Shown here: positions 1 to 12,317 of the stretch, one piece after another
How positions within the stretch are numbered: position 1 is the stretch's first letter
How the letters are laid out: the number at the start of each line of letters is the position of its first letter
Source of the DNA: Tubiluchus corallicola
Lineage: Eukaryota > Animalia > Priapulida
Assembly: GCA_030141605.1 (NCBI GenBank)
Contig: JAQGDQ010000396.1
Coordinates: forward strand, 1-64,000
DNA length: 64,000 bases
Direction: 5' to 3'
Notes under the pieces: model-generated
Database searches by the model: none
What the model saw: only the letters and a program-made list of their open reading frames with translations
Told to the model about the DNA's origin: nothing
Made by a program: the position numbers and the translations under genes

Positions 1-100
1 CTAAAATCATGAAAATCTTTAAGCAGAATTAACACAAGTGTAAATTGTTTGGAGCAGTGGATGTAAAACATTGTTATGATCAAGGAATGCATTTTCACAG

Positions 101-231
101 GTTCAACAGAGACCGATGTAAAGAGGCAGAGAGAGGAAAGACGGAAGCAGCGTCAAAAGGAGTTGCAAGAGAAACGTGAGGCAAGGCAGGGAGGTGCTCT
201 GAAGCTTGGTGCTAAAAAAAGAGTTGACTAA
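101..231 (+). CDS. SCYL1: SCY1-like pseudokinase 1 (SCYL1/NTKL), terminal coding exon; rest of gene lies upstream of the window
   Basis: Acceptor ttttcacag at 92-100. Reads STETDVKRQREERRKQRQKELQEKREARQGGALKLGAKKRVD*, matching the SCYL1 C-terminal coiled coil and KLGA-basic-xD-COOH COPI-binding tail (human ...MKLGARKLD). Candidate poly(A) signals at about 812, 1379 and 1415. Confidence 0.8.
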
Positions 232-3200
232 AGTAGTCCCTTTTGCATTAAAATATTTAATTGGGAAACTTTTGTAACTTATAATAGTGCCTGCTCATGT
301 CCTTTTCACTACTGCCATCAGCTGCTTGTTTGTGGAAGCATTCGTTAGTCAATGGGACTTATATTTTGGAAACTTTCAGGTAGAGTGTATAACTACAAAT
401 AATCAGGAAGTGACGGCCCTGAAAATATCAGCTAAGTTATTGGCACAAGTCTTAAAAATTCCTGTGATAAAAACCACTAGCAGTGCTATTGTCTATATCT
501 TCATTTTAAAGCATTGTAAATTCAGTACAAAGTTTCAGTGTTACTCTGGTTATACTAGTGCCTTTTAGTCTTATAGCAGAGATACTTTTCTAGGATTTGA
601 GTGAGTGTCTACTGCACTTGAAGTGAAACTCACCGGTTGACATGATGTTAGATTACTTATAACTTTAACTGTGTTGTTCAGATGTTTTATTTACACAAGT
701 AACAAAAGTCGCCACTTTTTTGTTGTTAAACACTCAGCAATCTGGAAGCTTATTATTTTATAAGTATACAAAAATGTTTACATGCTTTTGATAGTGTTGT
801 GGTTGAGTTTAAATAAAACAAAACTTTTTGTGATATGCAAACTGGATGGAAATTAACCAAATGTTTCATCCAGTGGGCCTTATGAAGCACTCTAGTGACT
901 ATCAAAAACAAAAGGAACTTTCCAAACATAGTACTAACAAAGTTGAGCTGACAGTAAGTTCCAAATATCAATAATTACATCACATAAGATCATAAAATTT
1001 TGTGACCATTTCAGACTAACTCTACAGACTTATTTAATGGAGCATTGTGCAGATTCAAGTACCTCCTTCTGGTGGTCTTTTACGGGCCAAAATAATAATT
1101 TTCTTAACATTCTGTTGTGCAGTTTTCAAGTGGTTAGCCTTTGTTCATCTTGTCTGTTATGTGACACTAGTTTGTGATGTGGTTGGACAATTTTATCAGT
1201 TTTGTACAGATTCTGCGGATTAACTATGATGTGTGAAAATGTGTGAACTAAGTTTCAAGTGTATATAAGTTACTTAATACAACAAATACTACTTTCCATT
1301 ATCACGTTTTTATTCCATGGTTATTTTAAAAGGCCTATGTAATATGACATTGGCTGAAGGTGTAATGTAAATTGTTTGAATAAAACGACTGATGCATGTT
1401 CATTATGTTAATGAAATAAATATATCGGTATTATTATCATACTTTATATGTTAATGCAGTTTTTTCATCAGGTTCTAAATGTTGAATATATGTCAGTTTT
1501 TATTGGAAAAAAGATGGAAAATAGAGCTCTCAAGGACGCTTATACGGTTTATCAATGATTAATTTCAAATGTTTGTGTGAAACTGTTATATTAATTTCAA
1601 ACAAATGAAACGTTGTGACTATTTATAGTGCTGCTTCTTTGTATCGGCTAGCCAAATCAAGGAAATGAGGACGAATCTCGACAGTTTTATTATCTTTGAA
1701 GATGTGCTAGCTTTTGTTAGCCCAAAAATAATGTTAGTAGATGGCATCACCAGCACTCTAAAAAGTGCTTATAACAGTATATCATATAAAAATGAGGAAT
1801 CATAATCTGGCTTCCTTTTAAAGTTAGTAATAACCTAAATTCAAGTGACCTATTCAAGCAAATTTGAAAATGCATAAACCATTTAAATCAGTTTTACCGG
1901 AAATTATTGCTGACTTCATTTGAATTTAACAGTAAACCCAAAATTGAAAACATCCTTTTAGTTTTAATTCAAAAGCAAGACCTTTGATAGCCAGTTACTG
2001 TATTCTTCTTGGCTTCTTACATAGTCATATGTTTTTGTAACACACACGTTTGCGAGCAATCATATCAAACAAAACAAATCTATTTTGTGAGTAATCACTT
2101 CAAACACAACATTCACAGCAAAAACTGACAACTTTATTTCATTGTTTGAGAATAATTTTGAAAGTAATTGACGGAAATACCTCATTCTAACAGATTTTTT
2201 TGAAGTCTGCAGAGACAGTGATCTTATTATACCAAACATCACAATTGTCGATATATAGATATATATATAGAGCGAGACGCAAACGTCGATAATTTCTAAC
2301 GCTTAGAGACACAGATGAGGGCCACAGAAAACAAAACAGAACTTCTTACAAATGTACACTAACTTCTACACTGTTACAAATCTCCTCTAAATTTAATTTA
2401 TACAAGAAAAGACGTTTGTAACATAAGATTTGCAGTGTTCAGTGACATAACTACAGACATTACAATTTAAAGTCTATACACATATCCTTTTTAATCTAAT
2501 GAAAATCTAATGAGCTTAGTTATACAAAGTTTTGATTAAAGAAACTAACACTGAGTGTCACAAGTGCAATAGCTATTGAAGGCTTAGGCAAACTTGTACT
2601 GTTACTTAAAGCTTCCCAACTTCATGAAAGCTGTGCTCTGGAAAATCTTCATAAACAAAAAAGAGATGTTATCCAAAATAAATATTTACTTAGTAAATGC
2701 CTAACTGTTTGGCTTTGTTGACAATCAGATGGCAGATGACTGGTGATTGTTTTTCTCATAATTTACAAAACTGATCAGATAGGTTTAAAAAAATTACAGT
2801 GTTAATACATGATATGACATACAGACATGAAGCAACTAGAATGAACTTCAAAATCTGAAATGATAGCTGGCTTATCACTTGATTATGTGAGCAAATACAA
2901 TTTTTCAAAACAATTTACTGACATAGAAGTGAATAGCACAGACCAGGAATTGTTAAAAGACATTTTTAATTTGTGCTTTCACGTTCTATGTACATAGACA
3001 TATTTTGCATACTAGGAAATAGATTAAGGGCATACTTTCAACAAATAAGCTAATGGAAAATACAAGAATATAAAACAGCTTTTTTAAGTTGCATCCAGAA
3101 GAGATGAGAACAACACATCATAACATTTGCAAATACATTACACAAGTGCAAATGTACACAAATGTTGCATATGCGAGGGAACACAAGAAACGGCAACAAG

Positions 3201-3664
3201 ATACGTACAGGTCTTCCTATAGCAATTATGCCATGATACCAACAACAATGCGGTTAATATTTCACAAGTTACCGAAATCTGTTTAAAACACAGCTACGTG
3301 CCTCGAGTTTTTCGCTAACTATTTCCCTGAAGTCCTGTTAAAATATACATTTTCCAATCTGCTGTATAAAATGGTAATCATTCCAAAATAAAGACCTTCC
3401 ATACAATAGCAATATTTAGACTAACTTCGTAAAATCTCTAATATCTAAAGCTGTTGCAAGACATTAATCTAAGATATTTTTCCCTTATGAAAACAAATTG
3501 CCAGATGCTAGTTTTAGAATAAGAGGTGGGATGGCCAAAAAGCTTGGGGCATAAGCTGCCAGATATTAGTCGGCAGCAATCTAAAACGAGACAAACAGAA
3601 GTAGAAAATTTAATGACAAATATGATGCATTTTTTCTCGGTGAATTTGCAATCATGAAAAAGTC

Positions 3665-4970
3665 CTATTTGTTTTCGATGCTTAAGAGCTCCACATCAAA
3701 AATAAGCGTGGCATTCGGAGGAATGACTCCAGGATAGCCTTTCGGCCCATATGCATAATCTATATAGGTAGCAATACAATTTTTCAATACAGTTTCAAAC
3801 ATTGATGCAAGTGATTACAAAAAGTACAGAAAATATATTTTACAGGGAAATATATAAAACAACAATGTATATACATATAACTAATGTTTTATAAATTTAG
3901 GAATATATATTCCCTTATATTTCCTTGTACCATAGGTAAATAAATTTACTTACACAGATTTTAACTTTTCACCTAGCATATAATGTCATCTATGACGTCT
4001 TAATATGGTGCTTAGCTTCTTACTAGTATATCTTCCCGTTGAATTGAAATTTCCTTAAATTCATATTAGGCAAAGTGGGGTAAGATTGACACATCTTCAT
4101 AATTTCATTTTATAATAGGATTAAAATGCAAAAATGTCAGAAGACATTTACAGAATTTTATCTTTATTAACATACTTAATAAATCATTGGCCTCCAGCAA
4201 AAAATTTTTTTTATCTGAATGACACTTCTGTGTTAATGTTACCCCAAGGATGGACTAACTGACTGGAATAGGATTACTGATTTTCTGCAGGATATCATAT
4301 TCGTGGTACTCCAGTTTTTTAAGTACTCCTTTACTTTTAAGTTGTTTTTGTGCAAACCACGTGAATTATTTCTCTGCTAAGTACATCAAGTTGAATATTT
4401 TTAATACAGTTAAAATAAACTTGGTGACAAAAATATTTACTTTGGTTTTGAGGCACTTACTCGCCGGTCAAGTTTTTCCAATTTTCGTAAGACAATGCTT
4501 TGTGACCCGTCTTAGTTTGACAATGTATTTTAAGAGCAGTGAATGCGTAATAAATTCAAAGACTAAGATGATGTAATTTTTTTAAAACTGAACTGAAAGA
4601 GACTGACATGTGTAGATTAAGTCTTCGCCTTATTATAACATCATGAATGAACACTTAAAATAGTGAACAGAGAGCAGTTTAAAAGTGAATGTATGTACTG
4701 TAATGTAACCTTAGCATAGCATAAAAACATACCTGGTGTACAGGTTAATTTTGCCCGTTGTCCTACGCTCATTTGGGCAACTCCTTCATCCCAGCCTTTG
4801 ATGACTTGCCCTTTTCCTAATGTGAAGCTAAAGGGCTTTTGTCGATCCCGGGATGAGTCAAATTTCTTGCCATCTGTTAGCGTGCCAGTATAGTGCACAT
4901 TTACCGTCTGGCCTTTTTTTGGGAAATTTACTTGATCACCCTCTTTTGCTGTTTCCACAGTTACTCCCAT
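3665..4970 (-). CDS. FKBP1A: FK506-binding protein 12 kDa (peptidyl-prolyl isomerase), 110 aa; coding exons 4970-4733 and 3759-3665
   Basis: Spliced translation [79 protein letters not shown]|[31 protein letters not shown]. Phase-1 GT-AG intron. Probable 5'UTR intron acceptor ttttttcag at about 5008. Confidence 0.96.
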
Positions 4971-5538
4971 AATGATAAGCAAACTGCACGTCCCCTATGA
5001 AAACTATCTGAAAAAACCCATTAAATGTAACAGTACTGGCGATCAACACTCAACTGTCAAGGATTTGAATGATGATCAATGATCCTTATTATTATGATGA
5101 TGATGTTAATGGCTTCTATTGAGAAATTATCATTATTCTCATAGCAACAATAGTGCCAATTCTGATAGTGATAATAAGCAACTGAAATTGAGCAAAGATG
5201 GAAGTGATAATGCTGATGGTTTAATCAATTATTAGGAATGACACGATCTTAAGTAATTATACGTATAGTGTAAGACAACAATAAAAAACATGCTAGTAAG
5301 CAAGACAAATTAATTAGACCGCTTCAATTCTTCAAATATTTCCTGGCACAACGAGTATAAAATCCTACATTCAACTTGTTTTGCACACAGCACACAATAT
5401 AAGAAGCTGTTTACGTGGATGCACATGGCAGGACTCTCTCAACAAAGTAAACAGCCAAAGCATTCAACGCATTTGACACTTACTAGTGTGACATTTGGTA
5501 TTTCATTATTTGGTACTTACAGTACTGACTGGCTCGTG

Positions 5539-5950
5539 CTAATTATGGGCTTTTGAGTATGTACCTATAATTTTACAGGCTTTATTTACAATGTATTGTA
5601 TATGTGCTTTCCATGAAAGACAGTAATGAATTAATACTCCTAGATATTTTATTTGTTGCACAGATTGAATCTTAGTATTTAACATTCTTAAATTTAATAT
5701 CAAATTTATCACTTTTATTGGATTACCAATCATCATACTTAGTTCTGGAATAGTTTGTGGAAAGTTGATTGGCCCTCATCCAAATATCTATTTTGGCTAG
5801 TTCATTATGAAGAAATAGAATCTTCTAAGCAATTTATGTTAGTATCAGAACTATAAAGGTCAGTATCAGAAAATTCTAGTACCTAATTAAGTGTTGAAAG
5901 GGAGGTCGTTTATGCAGAGTAAGAATAAAGGGGACCAAGAATTGAGCAGC
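5539..5950 (-). mobile_element. Decayed non-LTR retrotransposon (CR1/L2-like) reverse transcriptase fragment
   Basis: Minus strand encodes frameshifted RT motifs SILGPL..FLLCINDLP, FSDTDLY (degenerate FADDT) and IKYLGVLIHYCLSWKAHIQYIVNK. Confidence 0.8.
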
Positions 5951-6004
5951 AATATAAAAATTAAGGCAAACAAAGCTAGCCTGATTTTGCTGAATCATTT
6001 TAAA

Positions 6005-6104
6005 GGGCCGTAGCTCAGCTTGTAGAGCAACTAAAAAGATAAAATTCAGTTGGATACTTTGTCACTAAAGCATTTTCACGGCAACAGTAAAAAATGTTCT
6101 AAAG
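6005..6104 (+). repeat. tRNA-like (Pol III A-box/D-arm) repeat head; second copy at 6898-6965
   Basis: GGGCCGTAGCTCAGCTTGTAGAGC resembles a tRNA 5' end. 18 nt are identical at 6012-6029 and 6898-6915, and a second similar block (aagca.ttt..ca.ggcaaca.taaa...tgtt.taaag) follows in both copies. No complete cloverleaf. Confidence 0.6.
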
Positions 6105-6220
6105 TGCCTCAAGGGACACCACACTGTAAGTTTGCTGGTTCTGAGCCTTTATAAGAGATAGATGTATGTTGTTTTGCGTAGTATTTATGATTGCAGTAAT
6201 TGAAAAGGAAGGCCTCTGAT

Positions 6221-6692
6221 CAGGGATGAGAATGACAAATTGTAAAAAACTCTGAAACAGGCGGGGGTTATGGGGCCACCTAGGCCCCCAATGGAGTTCC
6301 AGGGGAGCCAGCAACAAATAGCAATTTTGTGACCCTAGAGAGCCTCTAAGTGGACTTAAAATATCAATTTCGTTGTTTCATGCATAATTTGAAATACCCA
6401 ACTATCAAGGATACATGATACCTAATTGACTCAAAAGTATATAAAAACTCTGCAATTGATTCAAATAACTCCGCACGATTGATTCTATATTTTTATACAT
6501 AGAGATATACACATGGTTCCACTGATGTACGTGATGTAAACAAAGTGACGGCCTGCCAATTAGCGGTCAGCTTGTGAAATAATGTACTGGGTCCGTACAA
6601 TTTTTTTTAACCAATTTACGCGATTTACAGAATGGCACTACTGGTCTCCAAAAATCGGAATTCCGCGTATCCGCGGAAAATTCTCACCCTTG
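6221..6692. mobile_element. Non-autonomous hAT-superfamily MITE (472 bp)
   Basis: 13-bp imperfect TIRs CAGGGATGAGAAT (6221-6233) and ATTCTCACCCTTG (6680-6692), flanked by a perfect 8-bp TSD CCTCTGAT (6213-6220, 6693-6700). Confidence 0.9.
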
Positions 6693-6860
6693 CCTCTGAT
6701 ACCATAGTGTTCAAGTTTGCATAATAGGATATTATGTTGTACAGTATCAAAAGCCAAAGAAAGAGTGAGAGAATGAAAGGGATAGGCCTAGAAAAAAGTT
6801 GCACCATGACCGACATGAGTGTATTGAACAGCAATGTAAATGTCAGGGCAATTAGAGCTC

Positions 6861-6994
6861 ACCTGGTTTTGCTAGTCCTCTTAAATTCAAGTGTAGCAGC
6901 TCAGCTTGTAGAGCAGTTAGACCCCGGAAGCACTTTCCATGGCAACAATAAATAGTGTTTTAAAGGACAGGAAAAACTAGATAAGCGAGTAAGT
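6861..6994. promoter_or_regulatory. Candidate bidirectional promoter for FKBP12 (-) and CFAP61 (+) with RFX X-box
   Basis: Divergent strong donors (minus CAG|GTGAGC at 6862; plus |GTAAGT at 6989) flank ETS CCGGAAG (6924-6930), X-box CTTTCCATGGCAAC (6933-6946) and forkhead-like ATAAATA (6948-6954). Both genes have an acceptor just upstream of their ATG, implying non-coding first exons. Confidence 0.5.
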
Positions 6995-8139
6995 CGGAGA
7001 AATCCAATGTTTCACATTCTGGACTAATTATATTTAACTACTTGCATTCGTTCTGTCACTCAGATACTTTAGGAACTACGTATTTACTATTTCGCTACGC
7101 ACAACTTGTATATATATATATATATATATACATACAACGGACAAGTCTTTAATTTATATTAGATGACTGGCAATATTAAAGTTTTTTGCCAGGTTATAAA
7201 AAATGCTTATACAGAAACATTTTTTGTCAAAACTGTCAAAATATTAGTAATCATATTCGTCAATGACAATTTTGTTGTGTATCCCTTTCGTTGAGGCTTT
7301 CGGAAACTGAGTTGAGATTTATTCAATATGTCATTGAGATTTATTCAATATGGTTTTCTGACAGAATGGTTGAAAGATGAATTGGATGCAAATCGGACCC
7401 GCATATTAAAGCAGTGGGCCAGGAAATTCTAGATGTTGAGAGTGTGTGCGCATACTAAGTATAGTGGTGCCTACGATTAATTTAACGAAAAAGATAGTGA
7501 TTTAAAGTTAATTGTTTAAAAAGTTAGAGGTAAATATGAGTTATAGCTGGTTTTGCATAATTAACTTAATAAGTTTAGGTTGGGGCGTAAAGATGAACAA
7601 CCATAAGTCGCATAGGTAGTAAGTCGATGACTACATGTTTATTTTACAACTGAATAACTGTTGATATACTCATTTTTCAAGGATTAACATGGTTTCGAAA
7701 AAATAGATAGTATTGCTGGGCACGGTATTGTTTAGCAGGTCTAAATTAAAGCCACTCATTATAACATTATTAAGTTGGGTAATTTATCCATGAACATTAT
7801 ATGATTTTGTCCAGGAGGATGGTAAACTACTCTTACAATGACGTTTTTGTCATTTTTGTGTGATTTCAACAAACAGTGGAACTTTTTGATTTGCTACTAT
7901 GTGCCAAAAATTCAAATGACATTACTTATTACTTGAGATTTATTGAGGGTGACAATGGAAATTATTTCAGGTCTGGAAGTTTAGACAAACTACTGGACAT
8001 GTAGTCAATAATAACTATGAAAATACAAAAAGTGATCATCCATCAAAAAGTGAAACAAGTGCTGTGAAAGAAAAGAAGTAAATACAAAAAAACTGAATAC
8101 AATTAAAAAAGTTAAAAGATCTTAAATGATTTCAAAAAC

Positions 8140-9240
8140 TTCCTTAAAGTGCTGTATGGTAACTGTAGGGGATTGAACTCAAAATTAGGATCTGTTAAAA
8201 GTACAATTCAAAATGTTAATCCTACAGTTGTGGCAATAGTTGAAAGTCATATAGGTGACAAAGATGTAATTGAGTTTGAAGGTTACAAAATACATCAGCT
8301 GAATTGTAACAAAGATGGAGGAAGTGTACTTTCTGCAATTAAGGAAGACATGGAAAATTTGTTGCGCAAGCTTTTTGGAAGTTCAAAAAACAAATTGAAA
8401 AACCAAAATGGTGAAGTATGTGAAGATGCAGAAGAAATGAGGTTAATTTTTGAACAATACTACTATCACCTGTTGAATCAGTTTGAGCTTTAAAATAAAA
8501 AGGAAGAAGGCATTAAAAAATATGTAGAAGGTATGCATAAGATAATTAAACATATTGCAGGTACTGAAGAAATTGAATCAATTACAGAGGAAGAAATTGA
8601 TGTGGCTATCAAAGATCTATAAAACAGAAAATCATGTGATAGACAGGAACGCAAGAATGATATACTTAAAGCAGGGGAAGAAGACCGTTTAACTAGTATT
8701 GCAAAGGTGTTTAGTCAAATTTTCAGCAGTAAAGAAATTCCAGAAGAATGGTAAACTATGAAAACTAAGTCAGTTTACAAAGGCAAAGGTGATAAAAACT
8801 GATGGAAAACAGACGAGGTACTTTCATTACAAATATAATGAGCGAATTGTCTGAAAAAATTATAAAAAATAGAATTATTGACAAATTGGAAATGACTTTA
8901 GGAAGACCACAATGTGCTGGAATATCTAATCGAAGTACTGCTGATCACCTATTCACTGTTAGGGCAATTCTAAACTACAATAAATAATTAAACAATGATA
9001 TTTATATGACATTTTTTGACATAGAAAATGCTTTGATAAGCTTTGGCTTAAAGATGCAGTAGTTGAAATGTGGCATTTAGGGATACCAGCACACATTTGT
9101 GAGTTAATTTTCAATATGAATGAGATAGCATATGCTGCTGTTGACACACACCAGTTGGTATAACTAAAGAAACTAAAATAAAGGAATCAGTCAGGCAGGG
9201 AACCGTGTTAAGTCTGCTGTTGTGCTGTGCAACACTAAAT
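8140..9240 (+). mobile_element. Decayed, internally deleted APE-type LINE (endonuclease N-terminus plus RT domains), clade uncertain
   Basis: YGNCRGLNSK...VVAIVESH (APE motifs), KSVYKGKGDK..ENRRGTFITNI, QCAGISNRSTADHLFTVRAI, FFDI.KCFDKLWL and RQGTVLSLLL, with stops and frameshifts. Confidence 0.85.
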
Positions 9241-9380
9241 ACAGTAGGTGCTGCTTAATAGACTCAATCGCTTAATTGACTCAAAGATGCCTCGTACGGG
9301 CTGCTTCTATTCAAATGTACATATAAACTATCGGTAATTGACTCAAATAATTCCGCGTAATTGACTCAATATTTTTCCTT
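9240..9380. mobile_element. Terminal fragment of a Tc1/mariner-pogo-type DNA transposon truncating the LINE
   Basis: Begins TA|CAGT and carries repeated TAATTGACTCAA subterminal motifs. A diverged partial copy lies at about 6421-6495. Confidence 0.5.
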
Positions 9381-10811
9381 CACATGCTTCAATAAGACAC
9401 TTTCGTGTGACTAATAAGCTTTTATGACTTTTATAGTTGGATTTTGTCCCATAATATACATAGAAACATAACATAAAATCATGTTAAGTACCATTTTGTT
9501 TGTAAGCAGGAACGTTTAGCATACCCTAATTATGCTAGCCTAATGGTTTGCTTTCACCCGCTGGTCCACTGCAATTAATCTCGTTACCAAAGAATTCTTG
9601 GAAGCTAACCATTTAATCACTTGTTTAGCAGTTTGCTTTTGAAGCTCTGGCAGTCTTTGCCAGAAAGTTTAACACAGTTAGATGTTAGCCACCATCAACA
9701 GTTTAAGCACACCAAGCAGTAAGTATTTTAGTGCATCATACGACAACAGATTTTCAATGTTTTTATCATTTTGAGAACTTTGTGGCCCAACTTCTTGGCG
9801 ATAAAATGAAGTAGCCAACTTTGAAGGAATTCGTGTAATTTTTGGAAATAAGTAGACTTGTGTGAATAAAAAAATACACTTTTTAATTTATTGCTAATGC
9901 ACTTACATAATTAGAAACACACTTTTTTCTAATTATTAAGTGTACAAAAGAATTTAGGCTTGACTTCGTTTCTAAAATTCATTAAAAACCTTTGCAGTGC
10001 ATAGTAAGCTAGTGACTCGTACATACCTCTATGCCAAGATTATTTTACAAAATTCAGTCATGCAGAAATTAAAAATATTTTGTATTTAAGACTTAAAAGT
10101 AAAAGCAAATTTTAAGGGTTCATTTACAAGAAATTTAAATTTTAATAATTGATGTCCCAAGTGCAATAGTGAATTAGACACAACAGACCATTTATTTACT
10201 TGTATCAAACATAAAGGACTAGAGAAAATCTAGGTGCAGTCTCAACAGAGGATGTTAAAAACTGTTGTAGTGAAAATTTGTTGAAAGCATCCAAATATGT
10301 CAATGATTGTTTGTTTTATAGGGAAAGCACTTCGAAGGAAGTTGGTGAAATAAATTTTGAAGAATAAAGGTACTACAGTGTTGAAGAACCTCTGCAATCG
10401 ATTTCATCGTTTGCCCATACAAGTGGAGAGGGGTGAGAGAAACCACATCCATGAACATCGTAATGAAGAAAATGTGCAAAAGAAAGCAGTTTACTAAGGT
10501 TGCCAGTAAGTCAAGAAAAGCTTACTCAAAAAACCACAGAAACCAAAAAACACACAAACCACGATCACAACGTGAAAGAACAAGAGAACGTCTTAGGATT
10601 GCCTGCTGCTACCACCTATTGGCAGTTGATAGGGACGCAGTCTTGTAACTTCACAGACGTGGTATTCCTGTGCGAGCATTATTGTGCCGTAGTATCAAAA
10701 ATTATAAGACTTAATTTTAAAATAATGCTAGTTTCTCATATGACTTGCTAGCGTATGTGCTTGAACTAGAACCTGAATCTGCGTTAAAATACTGATATAA
10801 TGACATCAGTG

Positions 10812-10860
10812 TAGGGTTGCCTGACGTCCCTTATTTACCGGACATGTCCCATAATTATGT
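10812..10860. mobile_element. Possible hAT-Blackjack-like terminus
   Basis: TAGGGTTGCC...CGTCCC...CCGGACATGTCCC resembles Blackjack-type TIR and subterminal motifs. Partner end not convincingly found. Confidence 0.35.
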
Positions 10861-11826
10861 GATATTTCCCGATCCACTGCCTGGCTTATCAAATTTCAAG
10901 CTAGTTGTTATAAATTATTGTCATGTGAAGTCGCTGTCCAAGGAGATGTTACTATTGAGGCGCTAATTAGCTAATTAAAAAGATTTTTGTCCTTTTATAG
11001 ATAACATCGAACGTTTAAACAAGCAGACACTATAGAATATTGCCCTCATTTCGTCAGTGTTGGAGTCATATTACTGTGTTCTGTTTATTTCAGCATTGTG
11101 AAGAAATTTTTCATTGTGATAAAGAGCTCATATTGTGTTCATTTCAGCATTTATGTGAGCATTTTGTCGATAAACATTGATGTGGAAAAAATTTCTTTCC
11201 TGTTCCGTATTGATCTTTCAAGGACACCCAAGTGTCCTATATTTAGTTCATTTTCAACTTTCATAATAATATGTATGTGGATGCACCCAGTCCAGGCAAA
11301 GAAACGGCAAAAATCAGTATTAAATTGTGCGATAAACCTACAATTTATTAAAATAACAGATTACAAAAAGTGCTTAAAACGTGTTAAAGGTTATTACTAT
11401 TTAGACAAAATAAAAAATTAGATTTAATAAGACTGAAACACAAATTATTGCTTTGTAATTCTAGAGATTTGAAGAAATTCGAACCAATTTAAACTATTGA
11501 CTAATTATTAAAGTACATCTAAGTACATCTGAAATGTAAAGTAATTCACATTTACTTGTGACAACCTTGGCTTGAAAACAAAACTAGTGACTGTTAAATT
11601 GTAACAAAATAGACAAAGCAATGCAAGTATCACCAAATGGCATGATCAGCATAGCGGCAACAGAAAATCTAACTACGTGTAAAAACAAGTGTGATTGATA
11701 GGTGGCGTATACTACTAAAGCTTATGTCACACGACTAAGGCTGGCTTCGTTTTAAACACTTTCAAGAAATGCATATTTAAAAAAACAAATAATTATATAA
11801 TGCTAAATTAAATTGCTTGACATCGA

Positions 11827-11875
<49 letters not shown>

Positions 11876-12317
11876 CCGTGTTCCCTCGCTACTTCGCGTT
11901 TCGTTTTTCGCGGACACACTGTTTCGCGGGTTTTTGTGGCATTCCGTCTAAAGTATTTTTGCACATGAGTAGTATGTATTGTACAATAATATATAGATTT
12001 GATGAATTTTGCATAAAAAACCACAAAACGTATAAAATTATATTAAAAATATTAATTCTAACATTAAAAGAATATTATAAATCATAAAAAATACCATTTA
12101 AAATAAATAGCTTGATTTATTCGGCGTATGAATACACACCAAAAATGAAATGTAGTACTTGCGCCCGTTTGAGCTGCTACTTGCCGACGTGAGATTTTAC
12201 ACAACACATGATTGGTTGATTGATGTAAAGCGACCAACCAGAGACTGCTGCTTCGCGGAAATTCACTTACCGTGGGCGGGCTGGAACGAAACACTCGCGA
12301 TAAGTGAGGAAACACTG
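11876..12317. mobile_element. pogo/Tigger-type MITE (442 bp) inserted at the end of a (TA)n array
   Basis: Left TA|CCGTGTTCCCTCGCTACTTCGCG; right end reverse-complemented TA|CAGTGTTTCCTCACTTATCGCG. TA target duplication. Confidence 0.85.

Noticed and set aside
287-568. 93-aa ORF downstream of the SCYL1 stop
   Set aside because: Lies in the presumptive 3'UTR, starts at GTG and has no recognisable domain.
6005-6040. Possible tRNA gene (also 38238-38298 and 46330-46435)
   Set aside because: Only A-box/D-arm similarity; no intact anticodon arm, T-arm and acceptor stem.
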